Shown piece after piece: positions 1 through 7,081 of a stretch of 20,000 bases of DNA (position 1 is the first letter of the stretch; each line of letters opens with the position of its first letter). The stretch is from an uncultured virus (IMG/VR IMGVR_UViG_3300025009_000079). Taxonomy: Duplodnaviria > Heunggongvirae > Uroviricota > Caudoviricetes. Both the position numbers and the translations under genes were made by a program. The DNA lies in the IMG/VR virus record IMGVR_UViG_3300025009_000079. The stretch is one strand, 5' to 3'. The notes beneath the pieces were generated by a model. It saw only the letters and a list, made by a program, of their open reading frames with translations. It had not been told where the DNA came from and made no database searches.

Positions 1-2
1 GC

Positions 3-152
3 ACCATCGACGAGAACGGACAGCCTCACGGATGGGCATTTGATTGTAATGGTGACCCCACAAAACTAGGCATCAACACCCAAGAAGACGGATCAACCAT
101 CTATGCAGGATGGACCGTTGAGGAGTTGCGAAGCATCGCAAGGTTGAATTGA
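3..152 (+). CDS. 3' end of hypothetical protein (partial, runs off window start)
   Basis: Frame 3 is open from the window edge to TGA 150-152 (...TIYAGWTVEELRSIARLN*); the RBS of the next ORF follows. Confidence 0.6.
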   Translation, partial: TIDENGQPHGWAFDCNGDPTKLGINTQEDGSTIYAGWTVEELRSIARLN

Positions 153-170
153 GAGGAAGGAAACCACCCC

Positions 171-362
171 ATGAGCGATGGCAAGGACCGAGTGATACAG
201 ATTGACGGAGAATGGATAGCCATCTTTAATTTCGACCATGCCGACCACTGGATGGATGACGAGTATCTGTCGGCCCTCATTAACCGACTCAGGTGCCTCC
301 AGGCGAAGCTGAGGAAGGCACGGGCTCAAGCCAAGACCATCACGGAGGAACGAAGACCATGA
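171..362 (+). CDS. hypothetical phage protein (63 aa)
   Basis: GAGGAAGGA RBS upstream; stop overlaps the next start (ATGA). Confidence 0.7.
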   Translation: MSDGKDRVIQIDGEWIAIFNFDHADHWMDDEYLSALINRLRCLQAKLRKARAQAKTITEERRP

Positions 363-640
363 ACCCAATCACCTGGATCAAAAACAAGCTTCACCAACAC
401 AACTACGACGCATGCAAATCATCTTGGGCCTTCACAACAGGGAACCTCGTCATGATCCGACAATACGTCTGCTCGTGCGGCTTCGAACACCCCAAATCCT
501 CCACGCTCGTCGCATCCCTCGCTAATATGATCGCAGCCGAGGAAAACGAATCACGCATCAATCAAGGCAAGGACGGAGAAATCGTCAAACTTGTCACCAC
601 TATCACTCAAAATGGCGTGTCACGCGAAGAGGGGTGGTGA
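359..640 (+). CDS. hypothetical phage protein (CxC motif)
   Basis: GGAGG RBS, ATG 359 coupled to the upstream stop; MNPITWIKNKLHQH...CSCG. Confidence 0.7.
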   Translation: MNPITWIKNKLHQHNYDACKSSWAFTTGNLVMIRQYVCSCGFEHPKSSTLVASLANMIAAEENESRINQGKDGEIVKLVTTITQNGVSREEGW

Positions 641-684
641 TTCCGTGGGCAACCTTTACCACAACCACGCCGAAAGGAGAAACC

Positions 685-903
685 ATGACCAGAACATGCA
701 GAGCTTGCGGTAAGACTATCGAGGTCGGATATGACTTGTACTACCAGATCGACCTGTCATTCAAAGATCCATACGGGATGAATATCTTTACTGGGGCTTC
801 GGACGAAAATCACGCCGCATTCTGCTCTACTGAGGCTTGCGCCAAGAAAGCGGCCGACTTCCTGAAACACTTGCAAGGGATCTTTATTCACACCTCCGTG
901 TAG
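685..903 (+). CDS. small Cys-rich (putative Zn-binding) protein
   Basis: AAAGGAG RBS before ATG 685; CRAC...CSTEAC. Confidence 0.7.
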   Translation: MTRTCRACGKTIEVGYDLYYQIDLSFKDPYGMNIFTGASDENHAAFCSTEACAKKAADFLKHLQGIFIHTSV

Positions 904-1020
904 ATGTGTATGCGTGAGTGTGACTGTGTGTTTATGGGGAAGGTGCGAGTGCGTGTGGGTGTGTGGGGATGTTAAGGCGATTTGGATGGCGAACCTCTCG
1001 GCTGGACGTCCCGCTACTCT

Positions 1021-1060
1021 CACCCCCATGAGTCACCATGGGTCTCCATGCCTCCCCATG
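1021..1060. repeat. four 10-bp-phased CCATG repeats
   Basis: CCATG at 1026, 1036, 1046 and 1056. Confidence 0.85.
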
Positions 1061-1282
1061 GTGGCAAGCTACCACCTGGTGAGGATGAAACGCCGATGGC
1101 ATGCCGACCAGGTGGAGTGGTAGCGTCAGATCTCTCCAGCCAATGCCGACCTGGAGTGTTGGGGATAGCGTTGGGGGCGCAAGCATGGCTAAACCGATAC
1201 CATCGCTAACCTGCCGACAACGCTACGCAAATAGGCAACCAGTGCTATAATGACCCTTGGGTTGTTAACCCAAAGACCGGCC

Positions 1283-1843
1283 TCATTCATCCCCAACGTC
1301 GATAACCCCGTCCTCTTCATCACTGGGGAGCTCCGGCTCGGCCTGAAACTGGATACCGGCCTGGCCAAGAGCCGCGGCTACGTTGGGAAGGAGGACTGCG
1401 GCCGATCCTGCTTGGAATATGTTTTGAATTAGTACAGACGGCGCGTGAGAGGGAAAGATCCCCATAGTCTGTCCAATCCGCCCCTCCTTCTTGTCGGCAA
1501 GAGCAAGGATGGCTTTCTCGCTCTCGCTAAGCTCCTCGATCCTGGAAGCCTTGCCGGTTTTGGGGTCGACGTGGACGCCCGGGGATGGTTCTGTCTCGAG
1601 GCGCTCGTAGATCTTGCCGGCTTTCTTGAGGCACTTAATATGGTTCCCAACCAGCAGCCCAGCCGATTGAATGATGATCTCTTGGCTTATCCGTTCGACC
1701 AGGGCCTTGACTTCGGACTTTTTGAGGCGGCTATTGACGGTTGGAGTGGAGCATCCCAAGGCTTTGGCTATGGCTCTCTGTGACTCTCCGGCAGCACTAA
1801 GGGCCACTATTTCAGCGGTGTTATTGAGTGGAGTTCTCCCCAT
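1283..1843 (-). CDS. HTH DNA-binding protein, probable terminase small subunit-like
   Basis: Start re-assigned to ATG 1843 (AAGGAG RBS); N-terminal HTH GESQRAIAKALGCSTPTVNSRL, helical middle, acidic tail; lies downstream of an HNH gene. No terL is seen in the window. Confidence 0.5.
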   Translation of the reverse strand: MGRTPLNNTAEIVALSAAGESQRAIAKALGCSTPTVNSRLKKSEVKALVERISQEIIIQSAGLLVGNHIKCLKKAGKIYERLETEPSPGVHVDPKTGKASRIEELSESEKAILALADKKEGRIGQTMGIFPSHAPSVLIQNIFQAGSAAVLLPNVAAALGQAGIQFQAEPELPSDEEDGVIDVGDE

Positions 1844-1890
1844 GGCATGGGCTCCTTGCTTCGACGTTAAAGAAAAGTGGAGAATATTGT

Positions 1891-2226
1891 TCACTTTTGG
1901 TTTTTGTAGCCAAGGTATTTTTCATATACCGTGTCTGCATTCTCTTGGGACCGATCTTTGGCGGCCGACAGCATGGTTCTTGACATTCTTCCCCATGACT
2001 TAACGGCGTTGCACCCCTGGCAAGACAGAATGCAGTTACTGGTTGTCCTGGAACCACCTTTACTTATCGCCACAATGTGTTCGACGACCGGCATTGTTGT
2101 TTCTGTGGATACCTTCATCCCACAATACTGACACACACCGTGGTATACGTCCATGAGTGCGAGCAGCAAGGGCTTATGTTGATGCCGTGGGACAATTTTG
2201 AGTACATGGTAGGTTTCTGATCTCAT
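1891..2226 (-). CDS. HNH endonuclease
   Basis: CQYCG...VEHIVAISKGGSRTTSNCILSCQGCNAVKS; GGGGAG RBS. Confidence 0.9.
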   Translation of the reverse strand: MRSETYHVLKIVPRHQHKPLLLALMDVYHGVCQYCGMKVSTETTMPVVEHIVAISKGGSRTTSNCILSCQGCNAVKSWGRMSRTMLSAAKDRSQENADTVYEKYLGYKNQK

Positions 2227-2271
2227 AAGACAGCTCCCCTTTTTGAAGAATATTGTTCAATTCCCTCTTAA

Positions 2272-2301
2272 AGAATACTAATGCGGACCACGCTTCGTCA
2301 A
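2272..2301 (-). promoter_or_regulatory. sigma70-type promoter for the HNH/terS-like unit
   Basis: TTGACG-18 bp-TATTCT on the minus strand. Confidence 0.55.
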
Positions 2302-2378
2302 CCATCTCCTGTAAACCAGCACCACAAGCCAATCCGCAACTATTTTCATCCCAACTACCATTTTGCTGCATTTTTTGC

Positions 2379-2406
2379 TTGACAGCATTACAGCATGTGT
2401 TATCTT
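2379..2406 (+). promoter_or_regulatory. sigma70-type promoter for the plus-strand gene array
   Basis: TTGACA-16 bp-TATCTT with extended -10 TG; overlapped by an ACAGCAT direct repeat. Confidence 0.7.
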
Positions 2407-2576
2407 GTGCTCAACACGGTAAGAAAAGCCAAGCGGCACGCGAAAACAAGCCTCCGCACTCTTGGCTGGCTCTCTAACAACCGAAAAGCTCATCACCTGG
2501 CGGCAGACAAGCCCGGGTGTCCATCCTGCCGAGGCCGACCGGGGCCGTAGCAGTAGCGGGGTAGGGAAAGAAGAGA

Positions 2577-3277
2577 TTGTGTGTTTTGTTAAGGGCTCAG
2601 ACAAAAAGGAAGGGGAATCACATGAGCATCAATTACGATCCGGGCAGAGTGAACAGAGAGCAATGGCTTACAGACGCAATCACCATGCTTCGTCCCGATT
2701 TCAAGGCCATTGGGTTACAGATACCGGCAGAGGTAAGGGTGTCTTGTGGATGGAGCTCCAAGGGTGCGAAGGGTAAGGCCGGATTGTCGCGTATCGGGGA
2801 GTGCTGGTCTCCTGCATCCTCTTCGGCCGGCTACCATGAGATTTTCATCAGCCCCATAATTGACGATGCCTTGCTTGTGGCCGCAACCCTGGTGCATGAG
2901 CTTGTCCATGCTTGTATAGGCGTCGAGCAGAAACACGGTAAGGTATTTGGCAAGTTCGCCCGCAAGATTGGCCTCAAAGCTCCCATGAAGGCAACCACGG
3001 CGGGGCCGAAGCTAACCGAGCGGCTGACCGAGCTGGTCAGAATTAACGGCGAGTATCCACATGCGCGCATGGAAGCACTCACAAACGGCAAGAAAAAGCA
3101 GGCAACGAGGATGCTGAAAGTGTCTTGCCCAACTTGCGGCTACACGGTCAGAATCGCGGCCAAGTGGCTTGAGGAAGGGTTTCCGACTTGTCCTTGCGGT
3201 ACGGAAATGAAGGCGGATGAGGTCGAAAAATAGGGTGTTTACACGACTCATTTTCGAGCCCTGAATAAAGCACACAA
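2577..3277 (+). repeat. 22-bp imperfect inverted repeat (arms 2577-2598 and 3256-3277) enclosing the SprT-like gene
   Basis: TTGTGTGTTTTGTTAAGGGCTC / GAGCCCTGAATAAAGCACACAA: 19 Watson-Crick pairs, 2 G-U, 1 mismatch. Confidence 0.85.
2622..3233 (+). CDS. SprT-like zinc metalloprotease with C-terminal Zn ribbon
   Basis: HELVH (HExxH) plus downstream HGKVF; CPTC...CPC; AAGGAAGGGG RBS before ATG 2622. Confidence 0.85.
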   Translation: MSINYDPGRVNREQWLTDAITMLRPDFKAIGLQIPAEVRVSCGWSSKGAKGKAGLSRIGECWSPASSSAGYHEIFISPIIDDALLVAATLVHELVHACIGVEQKHGKVFGKFARKIGLKAPMKATTAGPKLTERLTELVRINGEYPHARMEALTNGKKKQATRMLKVSCPTCGYTVRIAAKWLEEGFPTCPCGTEMKADEVEK

Positions 3278-3282
3278 CGAGA

Positions 3283-3562
3283 ATCATCCTTTAGTGGATG
3301 CCATGGAGAAAGAGAGAACGAGCCATGATAACAGTGTACGCATTGAATAATGACCAGGGCAAACTCATGTTTGAATTCATTAACCGGGGAGAATATGCCG
3401 AGCCTCAGTATGCGGCACGGGCACGGGACAAGCACTCCGGGAAGTTTTACAAAGTGGAGACGGATCACCTTTCCGAAGTCCGGCGCTTGGCTGTTGACTT
3501 CGGGCACGACATTGACCTTTAGCGCCAACAAACCCCAGCCATGGCATGCACCGAAGGATGAT
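3283..3562 (+). repeat. 24-bp imperfect inverted repeat (arms 3283-3306 and 3539-3562) enclosing ORF 3325-3522
   Basis: ATCATCCTTTAGTGGATGCCATGG / CCATGGCATGCACCGAAGGATGAT: 21 Watson-Crick pairs, 1 G-U, 2 mismatches. Confidence 0.85.
3325..3522 (+). CDS. hypothetical protein (65 aa)
   Basis: Purine-rich leader before ATG 3325; fills the space between the inverted-repeat arms. Confidence 0.65.
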   Translation: MITVYALNNDQGKLMFEFINRGEYAEPQYAARARDKHSGKFYKVETDHLSEVRRLAVDFGHDIDL

Positions 3563-3595
3563 CTATAACCCACTAACAGCCAAAGGAGAGGGACA

Positions 3596-3796
3596 ATGAC
3601 ACACGCACCCAAGTTTTGGAGAGAGTATGTTCGGTCGGCATCTGATGGAGATATCGACCGAATGGCAAGATTTGATCATCTGATCCTTGACGGATTCGGT
3701 GGGGAGAGCGCTGCATACAAGGCAATGGAGGGCAGAATGTATGCTCACAAACACGCTCTCAAGGAAGCTCGTGAAGCCTGCAAGCGAATTGCCTAA
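3596..3796 (+). CDS. hypothetical protein (66 aa)
   Basis: AAAGGAGAGGG RBS. Confidence 0.7.
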   Translation: MTHAPKFWREYVRSASDGDIDRMARFDHLILDGFGGESAAYKAMEGRMYAHKHALKEAREACKRIA

Positions 3797-3925
3797 AACC
3801 GCAAAGGAGAGGACACTGGCGCAAGCCTTTCTGATTCTCCGCCTGCCCGCCCTGGCAACGGGGCGGATAGGAAAAGAGGCGAGAGGGCAGACGACAACAA
3901 GCAACCATATCGAAAGGGGGATCAT

Positions 3926-4078
3926 ATGGCAGAGTTGACACCACGAGACATCGAAATACTGAGAGGCTCCATTAACCGCGCAGTGAGGATTGATCTGGAC
4001 GAAGACGCGAAGATTAAGGAGCTGTTTCTCCTCTACCTGGTCACGGAGCCCATGGGTGAGTGCGTGAAAACTTCCTGA
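3926..4078 (+). CDS. hypothetical protein (50 aa, not in ORF track)
   Basis: GAAAGGGGG RBS; MAELTPRDIEILRG...; TGA lies inside the CCTGA of the next hairpin. Confidence 0.65.
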   Translation: MAELTPRDIEILRGSINRAVRIDLDEDAKIKELFLLYLVTEPMGECVKTS

Positions 4079-4164
4079 CTTGCTCCTGCCCATCGGCTCT
4101 GGTCGGTGGGCGGCATGGAAGCCATGAAGATGACGACAACCAACAACCAAAAGGAAGGGGAATT

Positions 4165-4704
4165 ATGAAACTCTTACAAAAAGTAACGGAATGGAAAGAA
4201 TACACGGAGCACTCTACACGTTGTAGAATGCGCGTAACTTACGGTTTCGATGTCGCTTTCGCCCAACGCTACAAACAAGCTCCATGCTTTAGCATCACTG
4301 CCGACATCGAGCGCAAGAGACGTACTAAGTGGCTCGAAGATTCTTTCGGGTGCTTGCATGACGAAATCCGCGCACATTTCCCGGAGTTGGCATCCCTCAT
4401 CAAATGGCATCTGGTAGCGTACCCATTCAAGCCTATGCACTATCAAGCGAATGCGCTTTATTGGCTCGAAATACACTTGGGATGCTCGAAGTATGGTAGT
4501 ACTCAAAGCAATGTCGATCCATTAGAAGCTTTCAAGAGTCAAATTGTTTTCGGGATACTGCCGGACGACAAGGAGCGCTTCGAGCAGGTATTAGTGGATT
4601 TTGTGGCAAGCAGGGATCTAAAAACGCCGCTTTATGCGTGGTTGGAATCGCGCATTCCACAAGCTCAAGTAGTGTTCGAGCGCGAAATGAAAGAGCTGGA
4701 TTGA
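4165..4704 (+). CDS. hypothetical phage protein (179 aa)
   Basis: AAGGAAGGGG RBS before ATG 4165; GCLHDEI...FPEL...KWHL...PMHY.ANA.YW. Confidence 0.8.
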   Translation: MKLLQKVTEWKEYTEHSTRCRMRVTYGFDVAFAQRYKQAPCFSITADIERKRRTKWLEDSFGCLHDEIRAHFPELASLIKWHLVAYPFKPMHYQANALYWLEIHLGCSKYGSTQSNVDPLEAFKSQIVFGILPDDKERFEQVLVDFVASRDLKTPLYAWLESRIPQAQVVFEREMKELD

Positions 4705-4827
4705 TTGAAATGAGTCGAGTCGAGTAACCTCCTAACTTTTTGCCTGCCGTAACCCTGCCCTGATGGGGTTGCTGGCAGGAATGGAGATATGCGGAGTAAA
4801 CGACAACTTAACGAGAGGGAGACGACG

Positions 4828-5193
4828 ATGAAAAAATCCGAATTGACAATCGTAACGGGAGAACGGCATCGGCTAACACCATACGCATGGGGAGACAGGT
4901 CCATCATGGTGGACGAGGATGCAGTGACCGAAAGCACCAGAGAGGCATTTGGTTTGGATGAAGCTCCCGACCCCGACTCCGATCAAAACGACAAACCGGA
5001 GTGGGTACAGGTTTATCGTGACGCCAACGGCCAGCACTACGCCGTGACCGATGCCGACGTGCGGCGCGATGCCTACCGGAAAACGGAAATCCCTGAATAT
5101 TGGGCGAAATGTGATGACCCAACGCAGCCCGATCAATACGGATCTGTTTGGGTGGCTCAGTCGTGGTCCTCTTTTGATGACGAAGAAGAATAA
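4828..5193 (+). CDS. acidic hypothetical protein (121 aa)
   Basis: GAGAGGGAG RBS before ATG 4828. Confidence 0.75.
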   Translation: MKKSELTIVTGERHRLTPYAWGDRSIMVDEDAVTESTREAFGLDEAPDPDSDQNDKPEWVQVYRDANGQHYAVTDADVRRDAYRKTEIPEYWAKCDDPTQPDQYGSVWVAQSWSSFDDEEE

Positions 5194-5289
5194 CGCAAAT
5201 CCTGATTTCCCCCTACGCTCTCTTAACCGGGAGCGCGGGGAGAAGGCAGGCGAAATTGACGGTAACCACAAACGAGAGGGAGAAAGGAA

Positions 5290-5547
5290 ATGAGCGAGTA
5301 TCAATTTCTATGCGGATGGGGAAAGCTAAAAAACCGGCGCGCCGTCGAGCGGATCGCCCGGAAACACGGCGCACAATACATACTCTACACCGAGCCGCAA
5401 TGCTCCTGCGGGTATGGGTGTCCATCCGGGGAATGCGAAAACAGTACGCGGCACTGGTTTGCGGCCGAAAACATGGGAACGACATTCGATGATTCCCGCG
5501 CATTCGCCGTTGAAACGGATCTCCGGGCGGCTGGAATTATTGAATGA
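5290..5547 (+). CDS. hypothetical protein with Cys cluster (85 aa)
   Basis: RBS within the repeat leader; CSCGYGCPSGEC. Confidence 0.75.
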   Translation: MSEYQFLCGWGKLKNRRAVERIARKHGAQYILYTEPQCSCGYGCPSGECENSTRHWFAAENMGTTFDDSRAFAVETDLRAAGIIE

Positions 5548-5640
5548 TTTCCTGATTTCATCGGCCCCGTCAGGGATGGCGGGGCTTATTGAAGGCAGGC
5601 GAGGCGGCATGATAACCACAAACGAGAGGGAGACGAGAAA

Positions 5641-5811
5641 ATGAAGATTAAATTGGCCCAATACGAATTGGAAATGGACCAGGACTGCAAAAACATCGCG
5701 GATGGTTGGGAGATATTCCCTTCGGCAGTCAACGAGCTCCACATTTCGCCCACTGATTTTACCCGTGCGGAGCAGACCACGGACGATAGCATCATCGTCC
5801 GTGAGGAGTAA
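5641..5811 (+). CDS. acidic hypothetical protein (56 aa, not in ORF track)
   Basis: GAGAGGGAG RBS; MKIKLAQYELEM...IIVREE*; fills the gap between two hairpin elements. Confidence 0.7.
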   Translation: MKIKLAQYELEMDQDCKNIADGWEIFPSAVNELHISPTDFTRAEQTTDDSIIVREE

Positions 5812-5904
5812 ATCCTGATTTCCCCCTACGCTCTCTTAACCGGGAGCGCGGGGAGAAGGCAGGCGAAGCAGACGACAACCACAAAAAGGAAGGGAGAACG
5901 ACCA

Positions 5905-6183
5905 ATGCAATTCTCAGCACTCGGCCTTCAAGCCGATCACGACGAAAACGGAATCCTGCGGGTCAACGCAGGCGGTGAAACCAATCACGAGATGCCCATG
6001 ACCGGCATCGACGCAAACGAACTGGCGCGGGACTGCTACTTTTATCTCCTCGAAGGGGACGTTCCCGAAGAATGGCTTGAGGCGCACAACATGGAGAGCA
6101 GGATCTCCGATGCGCTCCAGACCGAAAGTCGGGATGCGCTGGTGAAATTAGAGGAAGAGGTTCTCGACTTCTTCCGCGACTAA
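5905..6183 (+). CDS. acidic hypothetical protein (92 aa)
   Basis: GGAAGGGAG RBS; rich in D/E. Confidence 0.75.
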   Translation: MQFSALGLQADHDENGILRVNAGGETNHEMPMTGIDANELARDCYFYLLEGDVPEEWLEAHNMESRISDALQTESRDALVKLEEEVLDFFRD

Positions 6184-6191
6184 CCCACCGA

Positions 6192-6207
6192 GCCCGCTTC
6201 GGCGGGC
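6192..6207 (+). other. GC hairpin with UUCG tetraloop, no U-tract
   Basis: GCCCGC-TTCG-GCGGGC just 5' of the RHH gene RBS. Confidence 0.6.
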
Positions 6208-6221
6208 GGAAAGGATAACCC

Positions 6222-6410
6222 ATGGAAGAGAAAACCCAGGTAACCGTGAGACTCCCAGACAGTTTGGTTTGGGGGCTCAAAAAGGAAGTGGTCCGGCAAC
6301 GGATTAACCTCCAGACCGCCGTACAGCGCGCTATCGAGCAGTGGCTCGCTTCAACAGATGGAGAGAAAGACCGTTTCGAGGGTCTCCCAGTGCCCAGGGA
6401 GGGCATGTAG
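6222..6410 (+). CDS. ribbon-helix-helix (CopG/Arc/Omega-like) DNA-binding protein
   Basis: TQVTVRLPDSL beta-strand pattern followed by two helices (LKKEVVRQ; LQTAVQRAIEQWL). Confidence 0.7.
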   Translation: MEEKTQVTVRLPDSLVWGLKKEVVRQRINLQTAVQRAIEQWLASTDGEKDRFEGLPVPREGM

Positions 6411-6412
6411 CC

Positions 6413-6598
6413 ATGAACTTACTCGTAAATTCTCCAATAGAAGACCCAATGACACCGGCGTACATGCGGCAACTCATCCTTTCCGATGACGGTAAGCCGA
6501 GCGGTAGGGATCTGGCCTGCGTCTTGGATGTGACCCAGACCGTGATCCTGCCCGAGTGGGATAGGGTCGTGGTGGGTGGCGAAGTGGAAGAAGATTAG
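6413..6598 (+). CDS. hypothetical protein (61 aa)
   Basis: GGAGGG RBS, ATG 6413 just after the upstream stop. Confidence 0.6.
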   Translation: MNLLVNSPIEDPMTPAYMRQLILSDDGKPSGRDLACVLDVTQTVILPEWDRVVVGGEVEED

Positions 6599-6627
6599 GA
6601 CTAATCACACAAAAAGGAGAGGTAACT

Positions 6628-7056
6628 ATGACAATCGACCAGATGGTTGAAGAGTTTCAGTGTCCAGGCTGCGTATTGGGCAGTGACACGTCATGCGGAT
6701 CATACAACTACGACGCCAACGAGTTGCGGTGCATCTCGCACGTATGCGGGACAATGATCGGTTTCGGGAATACCGTTGCTCTCGGGCTCCCCAAGGGCTT
6801 CAACAAAACTGGATGGCACAAGGACGGCACGCCCCGAAACAAAATGTCCATCCGTTTGTACCCTGAGGGCCAGAAGCCGGCATGGGATCACCTCAACGTG
6901 CCTGTATGGGCCATGGAAGAGAACGGCTTTCTCTTCGTCCGCACATTTGCGCCTCGAATAGATGCCACATGGGTGGACGTGATCGAGGGCGGGAACATGG
7001 GAATGGTGCCAGAATCAACTATCGACGTCGGTGAGTTTGTTGATGAGATCGACTAA
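6628..7056 (+). CDS. hypothetical phage protein, Cys-rich N-terminus
   Basis: AAGGAGAGG RBS; CPGC...C...C..H. Confidence 0.8.
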   Translation: MTIDQMVEEFQCPGCVLGSDTSCGSYNYDANELRCISHVCGTMIGFGNTVALGLPKGFNKTGWHKDGTPRNKMSIRLYPEGQKPAWDHLNVPVWAMEENGFLFVRTFAPRIDATWVDVIEGGNMGMVPESTIDVGEFVDEID

Positions 7057-7081
7057 CCCAGATAAGGAGGGAAGCAAAACC

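Larger units (their letters stand above)
3826..5907 (+). repeat. family of six intergenic hairpin+leader elements (3826-3886, 4072-4128, 4743-4779, 5201-5250, 5551-5599, 5814-5863)
   Basis: Basal stem CCTG-A-TTTC...GAAG-G-CAGG (exact in the last three, degenerate in the first three), variable GC-rich upper stem, then a GACGACAAC-like A/C-rich leader and strong RBS; 5197-5254 equals 5810-5867 (58 bp identical). Confidence 0.85.

Noticed and set aside
757..1432. Short ORFs across the GT-rich tract
   Set aside because: Low-complexity translations without a convincing RBS; the region looks non-coding
1881..2259. Gram-positive LexA box (GAAC-N4-GTTC)
   Set aside because: Half-sites are separated by 3 nt, not 4, and one half-site is imperfect
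2445..2565. c-di-GMP-I riboswitch (AAGCCTCCG ... GTAGCGGGGT resemblance)
   Set aside because: The GGCAAA/GNRA/GACGCAAA core is missing and the spacing is too long
3826..5863. Hairpins as intrinsic terminators
   Set aside because: They are followed by purine- and A/C-rich leaders rather than U-tracts on the coding strand
5197..5867. Hairpin elements as hammerhead ribozymes (CTGA...CGAA)
   Set aside because: The sequence is CUGAUUU rather than CUGANGA, it is sequestered in the basal stem, and no three-stem core is evident
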